Shown here one piece after another: positions 37,910 through 50,670 of a DNA stretch of 64,000 nt (position 1 is its first letter; the number at the start of each line of letters is the position of its first letter). Position numbers and translations under genes: made by a program. The notes under the pieces were generated by a model, which was not told the DNA's origin, ran no database searches, and was given only the letters and a program-made list of their open reading frames with translations. The DNA lies in NCBI RefSeq assembly GCF_036365525.1, contig NC_090379.1, positions 92,489,206 through 92,553,205 on the forward strand. The letters run 5' to 3'. Source of the DNA: Heterodontus francisci (lineage: Eukaryota).

Positions 37910-38700
37910 GAAACATCTTTTGTATGTCTACCCTATCAAACCCTTCCATCATCTTGAAGACCTCTGGTCACGTCTCAGCCTTCCAACTTAGTCCTAGCCT
38001 GTTCAGTTTTTCTTTCTGTATAACCTCTCAGTTCTGGTATCATTCTAGTAATTTTTAAAACATAACTTTTCTGTTTTTCAGTTCTACTCCCCACTGCTTT
38101 GTTTGCTTTTTTTTTAAATGGCCCTATTAACCTACGTCACTACTGTTAATGATTCATGTATCTGTACCCCACAGATCCCTCTCTTACGCAACCTCTTTTA
38201 GAACCTTATTTTCCAAGAAGTATGTGGCCTCCTTATTCTTCCTATCAAAATGTACTACCTCGCACCTATCTATATTGAAGTTAATTTTCCAGTTATATGC
38301 CTAATCTGCAAGTTAGTTAATATCTGCCTGTATTTTGCTGCATTTCTTCTCTGTATTAACTGCACCTACACAATATGGTGTCATCGCAAATTTTGAAATT
38401 GTAATTCTGATTGCCAAGTCCAAATAATTTATGTAAATGATTTGCATCAGTGAACAACAGTGGTCCTAGCATCAATTGTTGTGTAACACCACTTCAAGCC
38501 TTTTGCCAATCTGAGTAACTGCTTTTAACCTTTACCCTCCATTTTCTGTCTTATAACCAGGTTATTATCCATTCTACTAATGGTTCCGACTCCATGTTCT
38601 GACTTAGTAATTAGTCTACTATGCAGTACCTTATCAAAGACCTTTTGGGAATCCAAATATATTAGTTCTACTACATGACGCTTTCTGTTGCTTCTTCAAA
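37910..38700 (-). mobile_element. Old CR1 RT/3' fragment
   Basis: Reverse-strand DFPKGLDKVLH and FAMTP(ADDT)-like motifs and CR1 3' coding remnants. Confidence 0.65.
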
Positions 38701-39190
38701 GAATCCTATGGAGGTTCTCAAAATTAGAAAGGGGCTTGATTAGATCACAAAGAAAGAAATTATTTCCTCTGGTCAATGAGCCAGTAACCAGAGGCAGAAA
38801 TGTGATGTAATCATCAAAAAAGTAAAGGGAGAAGTTGGGAGCAGCTTTTTGCACAGGTTGTTGAGATGAGGAATGCCATACCAGAAATACTGGTTTTTCA
38901 AAGGGAAGTGTATAATTACCAAAAAAGTGAAGGGATTAGGAGCATTTTTTTTTTACACAGATGGGTTGTTAAGATGGGGAATGCCATACCAGAAGTAGTG
39001 GTAAAGCAGAACCCATAAAAACTTTTAAAAGGGAAGAGAATAAAAATTTGAAGAAGAAAAAGTCAATGGTACAGGAAAGGGGGCAGGGGAATGGGCCTAA
39101 GTAGGCATCTCTATCAGAAAGCCAGTAAAGGCACAATGGGCCAGATGGACTCTTAGTAAATTTCTATGATTCTATTCCATGATTCCTTAT
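38700..39190 (+). mobile_element. Old CR1 3' end with an internal tandem duplication
   Basis: ggttgtt.agatg.ggaatgccataccagaa occurs twice (about 38857 and 38963); ends in ttctatga repeats. Confidence 0.65.
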
Positions 39191-40440
39191 GTATGAGTCT
39201 GTACAGGGAGTGCTTGATCAAGATAGCTGAACTGAACTCTGTCCTCACCCAGCATCCAGATGCATGCTCATAAAGTGGTTGCCAGATATTAAGTAGAAGC
39301 TCCCCTATTCCCAACCAGTTCTGAAGTAGATGCAACACCCTTCTTGTTCCCTTGGCTGAGATCAGCAAACTTAAAACAGATTATGGATTGAATGCGGTCC
39401 TTGTCCTTAACTGTTCTTGTGTTTCCATTATGTGAGACTTTGTGCTGCAGTATAAAGTGCATTTGTTCACTTAGTCATTGGATGTTCTCTTTAAGGAGAA
39501 CTAATTGATGTCTCTTTTATTAATTTGAGTTATAGGTGAGCTGTGGCATTATTGCTACTTCTGAAATTGAGACTTAAGACTACTTAGACTCTAAATTTTA
39601 ATTGTGTAATGGTGAAATCTATTCACTTGTCTAAAGCAACTAATTATGTTTTTATGGGTAGGATTAAACAACTCACATGCTGGTAAAGTTGTAGTTTTTT
39701 TAACTTAAGTTTCCACATATATTTATTTTATCAGTTGTGCGTGTTTTGTCACATTTTGTTTGTAACACCAACAAATTATAGTTGAATATTTTTTGTTTAA
39801 AAATGCAGAAGAAACCTGGAAAGGTTGTTGAAATAATGAAGAAATGAGTCAAGTAGCTGCCACTTTGGAGAAGCTTGCAACAGTAATAATTAATTCTGAT
39901 TCACTGCAAGATCCATTTAGACCACTTCCTCACATCATGTACCTGAACAGTAGGCTTAAAGATTCGCAGATAAACATAATCACGCTTCAAACCCCAGACT
40001 GCCTGTGAGCAATAAGATTAGCCAGTTTTTTTTCAAACAGCACACTATTGCATATTTGGAAGTTCTTTGTGAAACTTATCACAGTAGCTGATAACCTTAC
40101 AGCCTACAAGTAACAATTACATTTAAGCATGGTGAACATTCTGGGTTCAACTTCCTGCAATCCAATGGAACTCTTGAGTACCACAGAGTAATTCCCAGCT
40201 AATTGAAAGCTAGCCAAATGTACCAACTTTTTTTCACTCCATCTGCACAAATGTTCGGGCTATGATTTTTACTTTGCGTCGTTGGACATAAAATGGAATG
40301 CTTTATGCTATTGCTGCCTGTTGTTTGCTGCAGTATCTAGAAATGTGGGATTTCAGGAGTATCATAAATTGGTATTTGGACTCAAATTTTGTAATGTGAC
40401 ACAGGCATAGCAGCGAGGCGTACAGATTGATTCAGTTTTT

Positions 40441-40740
40441 TTAGAGATACAGCACTGAAACAGGCCCTTCGGCCCACTGAGTCTGTGCCGACCAACAACC
40501 ACCCATTTATTCTAACCCTACAGTAATCCCATATTCCCTACCACCTACACTACGGGCAATTTACAATGGCTAATTTACCTACCACCTGCAAGTCTTTGGA
40601 TGTGGGAGGTAACCGGAGCACCCGGTGAAAACCCACGCAGTCACAGGGAGAACTTGCAAACTCCACACAAGCAGTACCCAGAATTGAACCCGGGTCCCTG
40701 GAGCTGTGAGGCTGCGGTGCTAACCACTGCGCCACTGTGC
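40441..40740 (-). mobile_element. HE1/V-SINE
   Basis: Minus strand gcacagtggcgcagtggttagcacc...cccgggttcaattctggg (A and B boxes), V domain, CR1-like tail. Confidence 0.92.
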
Positions 40741-41035
40741 ACGTATGTTACAGAGTATGCAGTCTTGGTTAGGTGTCGGACAGATGTGTGCTTAATAACA
40801 TGAATATTTGCTGAAATAGCCTGTTGTGTTTCAAAGTTGCTTTCCATAATTTTAAACCAAGCGATCGGCTTCATAGTTCACTCATGGCCTGCAGATTATG
40901 GTACCCGGTGAAATCTAATTTCTGGATTCCTTTCTAACACAACCATCCTTTGTAAGATACCATGAAACTCTAGCCAAATTTTTCATCCCAGACTCATGGA
41001 AATGCAGACTTATTAATGTGAATATTCTCCAATTT

Positions 41036-41390
41036 GGGGCAGCACAGTGGCGTTGGGGCGGCGCAGTGGTTAGCACTGCAGCCTCACAACTCCAGCGACC
41101 CGGGTTCGGTTCGGTTCTGGGTACTGCCTGTGCGGAGTTTGCAAGTTCTCCCTGTTACCGCGTGGATTTCCGCCGGGTGCTCCTGTTTCCTCCCACAGCC
41201 AAAGATGTGCAGGTTGATAGGTAAATTGGCCTTTGTAAATTGCCCCTAGTTGTAGGTAGGTGGTAGGAGAATGGTGGGGATGTGCTAGGGGATATGCGAT
41301 TAATGTAGGATTAGTATAAATGGGTGGCTGTTGGTCGGCACAGACCCGATGGGCCGAAGGGCCTGTTTCAGTGCTGTCTCTCTCTCTCTC
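41036..41390 (+). mobile_element. HE1/V-SINE
   Basis: ggcgcagtggttagcactgcagcctcac...cccgggttcg, V domain, tail gggccgaagggcctgtttcagtgctgt(ct)n. Confidence 0.92.
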
Positions 41391-42537
41391 TTTTTGATAA
41401 ATAAGACTCCCTACTTGCCATTACCTGGAGCTTCACTGGTTACTTTGTAACATGATATTATGTAGTTATATTTCAACTTGTCTATGATTGAAAAAGTTTG
41501 TGTATGTGTTCTCTCAGCCCACACTTTATTCCCAGCTAATTGAAAGCTAGCCAACTGTACCAACTTTTATTCACTCCACCTCCACTAATGTCCGGGCTAT
41601 GATTTTTACATTGCGTCTTTTAACATAAAATACAATGCTATTGCTGCCTGTTTTTTGCTGCAGTGCACAGAAACATGGGATTGCAGGAATATCATAAATT
41701 TGAGTCTGATTACCAATTTTTTAATGTGACACAGAGCCATAGCAGCGAGGCACACAGACTGATTCAATTGTACCTATGTTGCACAGTATGCAATCTTGAT
41801 TAGGTGCTGGAATTTCAGGGAGAGCTGTTGCCAGGCTGCTGTTACCAGCACTATAAGGTTGAGGGAAAGTCTGAGAACAGATCTCTTGCCTTTCCCCTTT
41901 CTTGACCACAGGAAGTACACAGCAGAGGAGAGACTGTGACACTGCATTAGGTTGACAGTGAAACCACTTTAACCATAAGGTTGCTAGCTGGTTAAGGGAA
42001 ACATCTTTGATCAAAAATTATGTTTGAGCACTTCAACAGTGCTGTTTGCTCATTTTCCTCCTGTTCCCTGCTTCTCCATTTATATTCATGTCGCTGTCTC
42101 TCACTCCTTCTTGTATTTTTTAATTCATCTTGAAGATGGCCACAACTTTGTGTTTTAGGGACTGAAAGCCAGTTTAAAAGTAAATCTTTCCAGCCAGTCA
42201 AAAGCCCATCCCTTGGAAATAGGGCAATTTGAGTTGCAGTGATTGCACTTAGTCTCCACTATCCCAGAAATATAGGGACTAAAACACTCAAATTGGTATC
42301 GGCCAGCCTTTAGGAATTGACTATTTGGTACAAACTAGACTGAAAATTAAAGGTGAATCATGTATATTGTGGTACTCCATTCACAAAATAATATATTAGA
42401 ACAAAAGCATAATACTGCAGATCCCAGAAGTCTGAAATAAAAACAGAAAATACAAAAACAAGAAATTACATGAAGAGAAACAGGAAATACACAACAGATC
42501 AATAATATATTTTTAGCTGCGTTTGCTGGCAATGCAA

Positions 42538-42551
42538 CCACTAGGTGGCGC
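42538..42551 (+). promoter_or_regulatory. CTCF-like binding motif
   Basis: CCACTAGGTGGCGC matches the CTCF core CCACYAGRKGGCRS; motif match only. Confidence 0.5.
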
Positions 42552-42689
42552 TGTACTAGTACAAGTGCAAATGCAGCCTCATCTACTTAAATGTCGCTGC
42601 TGCCAGGATTAAAGATGGTGCTGTTCAATTTATCACAGAAAGACGACTTCAACCCATGGCAGCACACAATGGGCGTGTTTGATAGACGG

Positions 42690-42755
42690 AGAACATTGCG
42701 CTGTTTAAAGTCTCATCAGAAGGACAGCACCTCTGACAGTGCTGCAACCCTCTGT
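42690..42755 (-). mobile_element. DeuSINE core fragment
   Basis: Minus strand gcagcactgtcagaggtgctgtccttctgatgagactttaaac resembles 55990-56035. Confidence 0.55.
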
Positions 42756-42779
42756 AATTTTACGAGGTTTCAGGGCCAT

Positions 42780-43300
42780 CCCACTCTCCGGCCGCTTACT
42801 CCCCGCTTTCCCCCCATCTCCCGCGTAGCTGTAGGCCACGCCCCTTCCCTCTCAGCCACTCGCTCCTACATCGCCTCGTCACCCCTCGCAGCCCGCTTTG
42901 CTTCTTCGGGCAGAGTGAATGGCCGAGAGGAGGGAAGCGGCCCGTGGCCGAGAGCTAGCTTCTGAAGGAATGGGGAAGCGGGGAACAAGCGGCTGGAGAG
43001 CCGGGTGGGCGGTGGGGGGGGAGTGGGCAGCCAAAGGCCGGGAAGTGAGGGGAGTGGGGAACGCGCAGGTGGGGAGGGGGGTATGGAGGGAGTGGGCAGC
43101 GAGAGGGCAGGTGGGTGGGGGGGAGGGAGAAGCGAAGACCGAGCGGCCTGGCGTGAGTGGCCGAGGGGGAAGAGTGTTTTTCCGCGCATGCGCTGGTTAG
43201 TCCTGGCAAGACGTAGGCTGCACATACGCTGTATCACCGAGTGCATGAGTGCAGCTTGGAGCGCTCTGATGACGTCAGCGGGCAGCTGCATCGTTAGGAG
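42780..43300. other. CpG/GC-rich island with G-run cluster and NRF1-like and CRE motifs
   Basis: Dense CpG against a CpG-poor background; GCGCATGCGC 43184-43193; TGACGTCA 43270-43277; many GGG runs 43002-43128. Confidence 0.6.
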
Positions 43301-44189
43301 TCGCTTTGTATATTTTTTCTCTTTTTATATCACAATACTTCTCAGCCTAGAAATTGCCAATGGTCTTTTTCGTATGATATTCCTCTTTTTTTTAATTATG
43401 CCTCTGAAGTGCCTTAGGACGTTTCTTTCTGCATTAAAGGTTACACTGCAGTCGGCAGCTTGTGATTTTCCTGTCCTTTAAAATGAAAATTGCAGGCTGT
43501 TGAATGTACAAGTGGTAAAACCTCAGCCTGACTATACTTTATGGTGGAAGGTATGTTGATCAGGACTAAGCAAAAGACATATAATCTTCATTCATGTTGA
43601 ACCTCTTTTTTTGAAATAAAAAGATGGTATGCTCTGTACAGTCTAGTACATCCTCTGCTACATCCCTGCTAAAAATGATGTCTGCTTCCCTGCTTTTTCA
43701 CTGCAAGTAAAAGTTGTTGCAAAGTTTAAAAACTTGCCCTCCATTGGTGATGTACTGTGATTGCTTCACCACTTTTGTGGCTCTTTGTAAACTGTCGCAA
43801 AATTCGTCTGCCATATTGGCAGCAATTTCAAGTTTTACTGACATTCGCCAGAGTTTTGAGTAAGTCATTTTGACAAGTTACAGGGGTTTGTTCCAGTAGA
43901 GTGTGTTTAGTTGAACCCTGGGGATATGATTGCTAAACCTTGCTAACTTCCTACCAATTCAACAGGTGAATTTTTGTTACTGTTGATAGGGCCCAAGATA
44001 ACAGAAATAACATCCTGAAGTAATTACACTTCATGGACAATACTAAGCAGAGGAGTAAAGCATCCGCATTCCATATGTAAGGAAGAGGAAATTGCTTGGG
44101 AACCTATTTTCTCCATTTCTTTTAGGCCCATAATAGGTTTAAATAATGTTTTTTAAAAAGAAAAGATAACGTAGAAACCACATTTTGTA

Positions 44190-45070
44190 AAAACAACAAC
44201 TGCTTGCATTTGTATATCACCATTAGCGTAGAAAAATGTCCCACAGCTCTTTATAGAGATGTAATCAGAAATGATAAGGGAGGAGATATTAGTTGGGGTG
44301 TCTCGAAGTTTGGTGAAAGAGGTGCTTTTAAGAAGGCTCTTAAAGGAGTTGGTAAGGCTGTGGGATCTAGGGAAGGAGTGTGGAACCTGGGGGGCTGATG
44401 ATGCAGCTGCCAGTGGTGGGGCAAAGCAAGGGGGTGAGGGATTGTGGAGAACACATAAGCCAGAGTCTGAGGAAAGCAAATTTCCAGTGAGGATTGTCAG
44501 CCTAGAGGTGGGATGAGAACATGAGGGGATTGCAACACAATAAGAGAATTTTAAATTGGAGGTGTTGAGGTCCTGGTTGCTCGTATATGTTGGGAAGGAC
44601 AGGGTGGTAAGTGAGTGGCCTTGGTGTGGGAAGCTTGTGGAGGTATGTTTTGGGAAGCAGGCCAGCTCAGCATTGGAATAGTTGAGTCTGGAAGTCACAA
44701 AGGCAAAAATGAGTGTTTTGACAGCAAATGGATTGAGGTAGGGGTGGAGGTAGGTGTTGTTGAACAGGTGAAAGTTGATATTCTCTGTCATGGAGGCCAG
44801 AAGCTTAGTGCAGGACCAATGTAACCTCTCTAATTTTTTTTAGTTTGCGGGCCCTTTAAATTATTTAGCTCAACTATGCACACGCGGTAACTTAAAGCAG
44901 CTGGCTTGTGCGTGGCCTGCACGGGAACTTTCGGGTTGCTGTGTGGCCAAGCAAACGTGCATGTTAGAGGGAACTTTGCTCAGGACCCAGTAGGGCACCA
45001 AGAATGCAGCCCATCTGGTTCAGCCTGAGACAATGGCCAGGAGGGGAATGGATGGGAGTGGAGCTTGTGA
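44190..45070 (-). mobile_element. L2 3' fragment
   Basis: ORF 44153..44791 KTLIFAFVTSRLNYSN, SFKSLLKST; tail acaacaactgcttgcatttgtat. Confidence 0.82.
44817..44978. mobile_element. hAT-type MITE nested in L2
   Basis: Imperfect TIRs caatgtaacctctctaa / ttagagggaactttg; 8-bp flanks tgcaggac (44809-44816) and ctcaggac (44979-44986). Confidence 0.65.
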
Positions 45071-46599
45071 TGGGCAAGGACAATCATAAAATCTTACAGC
45101 ACAGAAGGAAGTCATTCGGTCTGACTTGCCTATCCTGCCTCTTTGAAATAATGCTGTCCAATTTAGTCTCCTACCCCAGCCTTTTCCTTACAGCCCTGCA
45201 AATTAGTTCCTTCCAAATAAAGGTCTTTTTGGACAACTCTTCATTCAATATTCAGAGCCAACTTCTTAGTTGTCTGGTTTGGTGACTATCTAGGAGAAAA
45301 TAATCTAAATCTTGATCCAATAATTTTATTAGGTTTTATAACTTGATGCCTATTGTAATTTGGTACAAGAACAAGTGGCAATTTACTTGATTATTTCTGC
45401 ACTACTTAGTTTAATAGGAAGGAATGCTGATGAAAAGTCCAATTATTTAACCACATGGTTCAGTATTAAATGCAATGGCCAATGTGCATGTTCCCTTAAA
45501 TTGATGTACTTAATTTCAGAAATTAGTTTTTCGATATGTTTTCTCCCCATGGGTCTGGGACAGGGTCAAAAAAATAGACTTGATATTGTTTATAAGTTTC
45601 ATGCAAGGAGGATTTGGATGCCGAATCACAATTTAAAAGAAAACTTTGCATAGCTTTAAGCTGAGGAACCTAAAATCTAAGACTGTTTTAAGTAGGCAAA
45701 TGGTTGTCAAATCTTGATATATCTGATCGAAGAATATACGTCATCCTGAGTGTCTGCTTATGCTAAATAATGCTCATGTATTTTTAAATTAAAATGATTT
45801 TCCATCCTCCTTCCTGCCTCCCCTACTGGAATCAAATTCTGGAGGAGAGGAAACGTATGTTCCTGCACTATTGGTCTATGAACACAATTAATTTTAAATA
45901 ACCTATTTATCAAACAGAACTGTTTCCCTCCCTTCTTAATCCTTATCCTTTGCTCTTCTTGGAACTTTCCTCTACCTTACTGATTAGTTTCTTGTCTAAG
46001 GATGTTTATTCATCTTTCTAGGTTTAGATTCTACTGGTTCAAGTTCATGTCATTGTTTTCCACAGATGCATAGTTTAGACAGTGAAAGAAAAGGCCCTCT
46101 TACTAACTTGAAAACTTGCTACCACTTAAGTAAGTTATCTCCCCCCTCCCCCACCCCACTCTCCACCAATAGCTGCTAATATTATATGCTGATTTCTGGC
46201 TGAAAATGGCATGATGAGAACCATTTGCGTCTCCTGTTATCTGTCCAGTCTTGAAACATGGCTGACTGGAAATGTTAGTATATGCATCGATGGTGATAAA
46301 TTGTCTGTGCAAGAAGTTAATGATTGATGGTATTGTCATCAAATTTAACCTTTAACCTGTGGCCCCACCACCCTTGTGTCTGATCTCCGAAGCTTTCCAA
46401 AAAGCCTCAGTACTTGAATGGAGGAAACTGGCTCTTTGGTCTCCTGTCGCTGAGCATGCTGAGGACCCTGTCAGTGATGCATATGTCCCAAATAATAGCA
46501 TTTTCTGCAAGTTAAATTAGTTTCATTAAATATGTGCTGTTTACAATGAGTGCTGTGCAATGAAATTTAGTGGTAAAGATGGCATTAAAACTATAATCC

Positions 46600-49015
46600 T
46601 GGTCACTGAATGGCTGCAGAACACCCTGAGGGGGGAGGGTGAACAGCCAGCAGTCATCATCCACATTAGTATCAACGACATGGTTAGGAAGAGGGATGTG
46701 GTCCTGCGGAAAGAGTTTAGTGAGCTAGGTAAGAAATGAGCAAGCAGAACCTCAAAAGCAGTAATCTCCAGATAATACGATAAAACAGGATCTGGCCGAA
46801 GTGGACTGGGAGCAGCTACTTGTAGGAAAGTCTACATCAGACCAGTGGGAGTCATTCAAAGAGGAAATAGTGAGAGTTCAGGGCCAACGTGTTCCCGTTA
46901 AGGACCAACAAGTCCAGGGAACCCTGGATGTTTCGGGATATAGAGGATTGGATAAGTAAAAAAGAGGAGGCTTATGGCAGATTCAGAGCACTGAAAACAG
47001 CGGAGGCACTAGAGGAGTATAGAAAGTGTAGGGGGGTACTTAAAAAAAAAGTAATTAGGAGAGCGAAGAGGGGACATGAAAAAACACTGGCGGGCACGAT
47101 AAAAGAAAATCCCAAGGTGTTTTATAAATATATTAAGAGCAAGAAGATGACCAGGGAAAGAGTAGGACCCATTAGGAACCAAAGTGGCAATCTGAGTGTG
47201 GAGCCGGAGCACATAGGTAAGGTTTTAAATGATTACTTTTCATCTGTGTTCACTATGGAGAAGGACGATGTAGGTGTAGCGATCAGGGAGGGGGTTTGTG
47301 ATATACTTGAACATATTAGCATTGAAACGAAGGAAATATTAGCTGTTTTAGCAGGCTTAAAAGTAGATAAATCCCCAGGCCCAGATGAGATGTTTCCCAG
47401 GCTGTTATGTGAGGCAAGGGAGGAGATAGCAGGGGCTCTGACACAAATTTCCAAATCCTCTCTGGCCACAGGAGAGGTACCAGAGGACTGGAGGACAGCG
47501 AATGTGGTACTATTATTCAAGAAGGGTAGCAGGGATAAACCAGTGAGTCTAACATCAGTGGTAAGGAAACTATTGGAAAAAATTCTGAGACAGGATTAAT
47601 CTCCACTTGGAGAGGCAGGGATTAAACAGGGATAGTCAGCATGGCTTTGTCAGGGAGAAATCATGTCTAACAAACCTGATTGAATTTTCCGAGGAGGTGA
47701 CCAGATGTGTAGATGAGGGTAAAGCAGTTGATGTAGTCTACATGGACTTCAGTAAGGCTTTTGATAAGGTTCCGCATGGGAGATCGGTTAAGAAGGTAAG
47801 AGCCCATGGGATCCAGGGCAATTTGGCAAATTGGAGCCAAAATTGGCTTAGTGACAGGAGGCAGAGGGTGATGGTGGAGGATTGTTTATGCGAGTGGAAG
47901 CCCGTGACCAGTAGTGTACCGCAGGGATCGGTGCTGGGACCCTTGCTGTTTGTAGTGCACATTAATGATTTAGCATGAATATAGGAGGTATGATCAGTAA
48001 GTTCGCAGATGACACGAAAATTGGTGGTGTCGTAAATAGTGAGGAGGAAAGCCTTATATTACAGGATAATATAGATGGGCTGGTAAGATGAGCAGAGCAG
48101 TGGCAAATGGAATTTCATCCTGAAAAGTGTGAGGTGATGCATTTTGGGAGGACTAACAAGGTAAGGGAATATACAATGGATGGTAGAACCCTCGGAAGTA
48201 CAGAGGGTCAGAGGGATCTTGCTGTACTTGCCCATAGATCACTGAAGGCAGCAGCACAGGTAGATAAGGTGGTTAGGAAGGCATATGGGATACTTGCCTT
48301 TATTAGCCGAGGCATAGAATATAAGAGCAGGGAGGTTAAGATGGAGCTGTACAAAAGACTAGTTAGGCCACAGCTGGAGTACTGATACAGTTCTGGGCAC
48401 CACACTATAGAAAGGATGTGATTGCACTGGAGAGGGTGCAGAGGAGATTCACCAGGATGTTGCCTGGGCTAGAGCATTTCAGCTATGCAGAGGGACTGGA
48501 AAGGCTAAGGTTACGTGTCCCTTAGAACAGAGAAGGCTGAGGGGGGACCTGATTGAGGTATACAAAATTAGGAGGGGCGTTGATGGGTTAGATAGGAAGA
48601 ACCTTTTTCTCTTTGCGGAGGGGTCAATAACCGCGGGCATAGATTTAAGGTGAAGGGCAGGAGGTTTAGAGGGGATTTGAGGGAAAAGTTTTTTCACCCA
48701 GAAGGTGGTTGGAACCTGGGACACATTGCCTGAAGGCGTGGTAGAGGCAGGAACCCTCACAACATTTAAGAAGTGTTTAGATGAGCACTTGAAACACCAT
48801 AGCATACAAGGCTACCGGCCAAGTGCTGGAAAATGGGATTAGAATAGATAGGTGCTTGATGGCTGGCACAGACATGGTGGGCCAAAGGGCCTGTTTCTGT
48901 GCTGTATAACTCTATGACTCTACTTCCAGTGCCATGCACAAATGAGTATAGAAATAGGAGGATAGTGCAGATGAATGTATGGCTGGAAAGATGGTGCAGG
49001 AGGGAGTGCTTTTAA
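46600..49015 (+). mobile_element. CR1 ORF1 (SGNH-esterase-like) fragment split by a younger CR1
   Basis: LRGEGEQPAVIIHISINDM...SRTSKAVIS (46600-46778) resumes as LPVPCTNEYRNRRIVQMNVWLERWCRRE (48923-49010). Confidence 0.75.
46779..48920 (+). mobile_element. Relatively young 5'-truncated CR1 (HER1-like) LINE
   Basis: Long ORF2 pieces 46889..47599, 47607..47978 and 48107..48385 (KSPGPD, MDFSKAFDKVPH, VPQGSVLGPLLF, FADDTK); tail ctgtataactctatgactc; 3' end shared with the HE1 SINE tails. Confidence 0.95.
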
Positions 49016-49512
49016 ACCGTGGTTTATTTGCCAATGATAGAATCATGGTAAGTTACCACACAGAAGGGGGCTATTCAGCCCATTGTGTCTGTGACGGTCA
49101 AAAAAAGAGCTATCCAGCTTAATCCTACTTTCTAACTCTTGATCCATCGCCTTGTCGTTTATAGCGCTTCAAGTGCATGTCCAAGTACTTTTTAAATTTG
49201 ATGACAGGTTCTGTATATTTAAATAACAGAATTAAATTTTATTTGTTTGAGAACTTGGGAAAATATTAAATCTGCTTTAACTCGATAATGTGTTGAACCT
49301 CAGCATGATAAATGCCACCAAACTAAGCTTCCAACTCCAGATCCTCTCCACTCAAATACGGGAACCCTCAACCATGATTCGGTCATTCAACTACTTACGT
49401 GCTTTCCTGAGCAGCTCCCATCCTCCACCCTTCATAAATGACAACTCATTTAAACCTCTGGTGGCCTATCATGCCTAGCTCATCCATCATTCATGCCCTC
49501 ATCACCTACGTT

Positions 49513-50322
49513 GGACAGGATTTTAAGAGCTCGCTGCTGTCAAAAATGGCGGCTAGCCCGCCAAAGAGCCGCCACAATCTCCCGCACAGTGGCTGATTTA
49601 AAGCCCCCAATCACGTGGAGGAGACGAGCTGTCCGTCGCCGGCAATGGCGTCAGCTGCCTGTGCGCAAGTGCTGGTGCCCTTTTTAAAGGGCAGCCAGCA
49701 CTGCTGGTACATTTAAATTTTTAAAGAAGTAACCTCCTAAAATTAAATAAATACATTTATAATGCCCCTTTCCCACCCCCAATAACAATTACAGTAACTA
49801 TTTGCCCTTCCCCCTCACCATCCCCCCAAAATACTTACCTTTTACAACTGACCTTCCCCCCCCCCCCCCCCCCCCCCAACCCACCAAACTGCACAAAGTT
49901 TAAAGGTCAACCCTTCTCACCATCCCCTACACTCATTGCATTTATTTGACCCTGTTCCCCACCCACCCCCGCACTGAAAATTGTACCTCCTCCCTCCTCC
50001 CCACATGTGTGGTGCCACGTTTCCCTGGATGGGGATATGAAGGTGCGGGAGTGCTGGCCGATGTGCCAAAGATCGTGGCAGGATGTCAAGATCGTTGGTA
50101 AGTCTATGTAAATGTATTCATTTTATTGATTTGAATATTTGAATTGAGGTCCCATCGCCCAGTGGTGGGGGGCTGTCATGGAGCCTCGCCGCTGCCAGGA
50201 GGATTGGGCTGGGCCCTCAAACAGTGTTGAGGTCTGTGGCGAGCCTCATCCGGAGCCATCTTCAGACACCTCCCCCCCACCCCCAGGGAACCCGACACCT
50301 GGGGGAGAACAAAATCCTGCCC
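49513..50322. mobile_element. Non-autonomous DNA transposon (PIF/Harbinger-like termini)
   Basis: TIRs ggacaggatttt / aaaatcctgccc (11/12); 3-bp flanks gtt/att; contains a 22-nt poly-C run (49856-49877). Confidence 0.7.
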
Positions 50323-50670
50323 ATTGTCTCCCAGACCTCCAAATATAAATTCTCATCCTCGTGTTGAAACCTCTTCAGGGCTTAATTTCTCCATAACTCT
50401 GTAACCTCCTGCAGCTCTATTACCCCACCTGCACCCTCCCCACTTCCCCCACCTAACTGGCTTCCTCTTGACTATGGCTTCCTTAGCCACTTAGGTGCTA
50501 CACTCTGGAATTACCTTCCTAAAGCTCTCCACTTCCTCTTGCTTCAAGACGCCCTTTAAATTTGAACTGTTTAACCAAGCTTTTGGTCAACGCTTGTACT
50601 TTTTCCTCTCACTCAGCATCCATATTTTGATTATGCCTTTGTGAAGCAAGTTGGGATGTTGTTCTACATT

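Larger units (their letters stand above)
40190..41810 (+). repeat. Local direct duplication (~290-bp unit: 40190-40780 including a SINE, and 41528-41810)
   Basis: Both copies start attcccagctaattgaaagctagccaa and share gggctatgatttttac, tgctattgctgcctgtt and catagcagcgaggc. Confidence 0.88.

Noticed and set aside
40680-41120. tRNA genes
   Set aside because: The tRNA-like A/B boxes are SINE heads followed by V-domain bodies; no complete cloverleaf.
42591-43481. Pro-rich and Gly-rich ORFs of 84-158 aa
   Set aside because: Low-complexity translations of C and G runs; no protein family signal.
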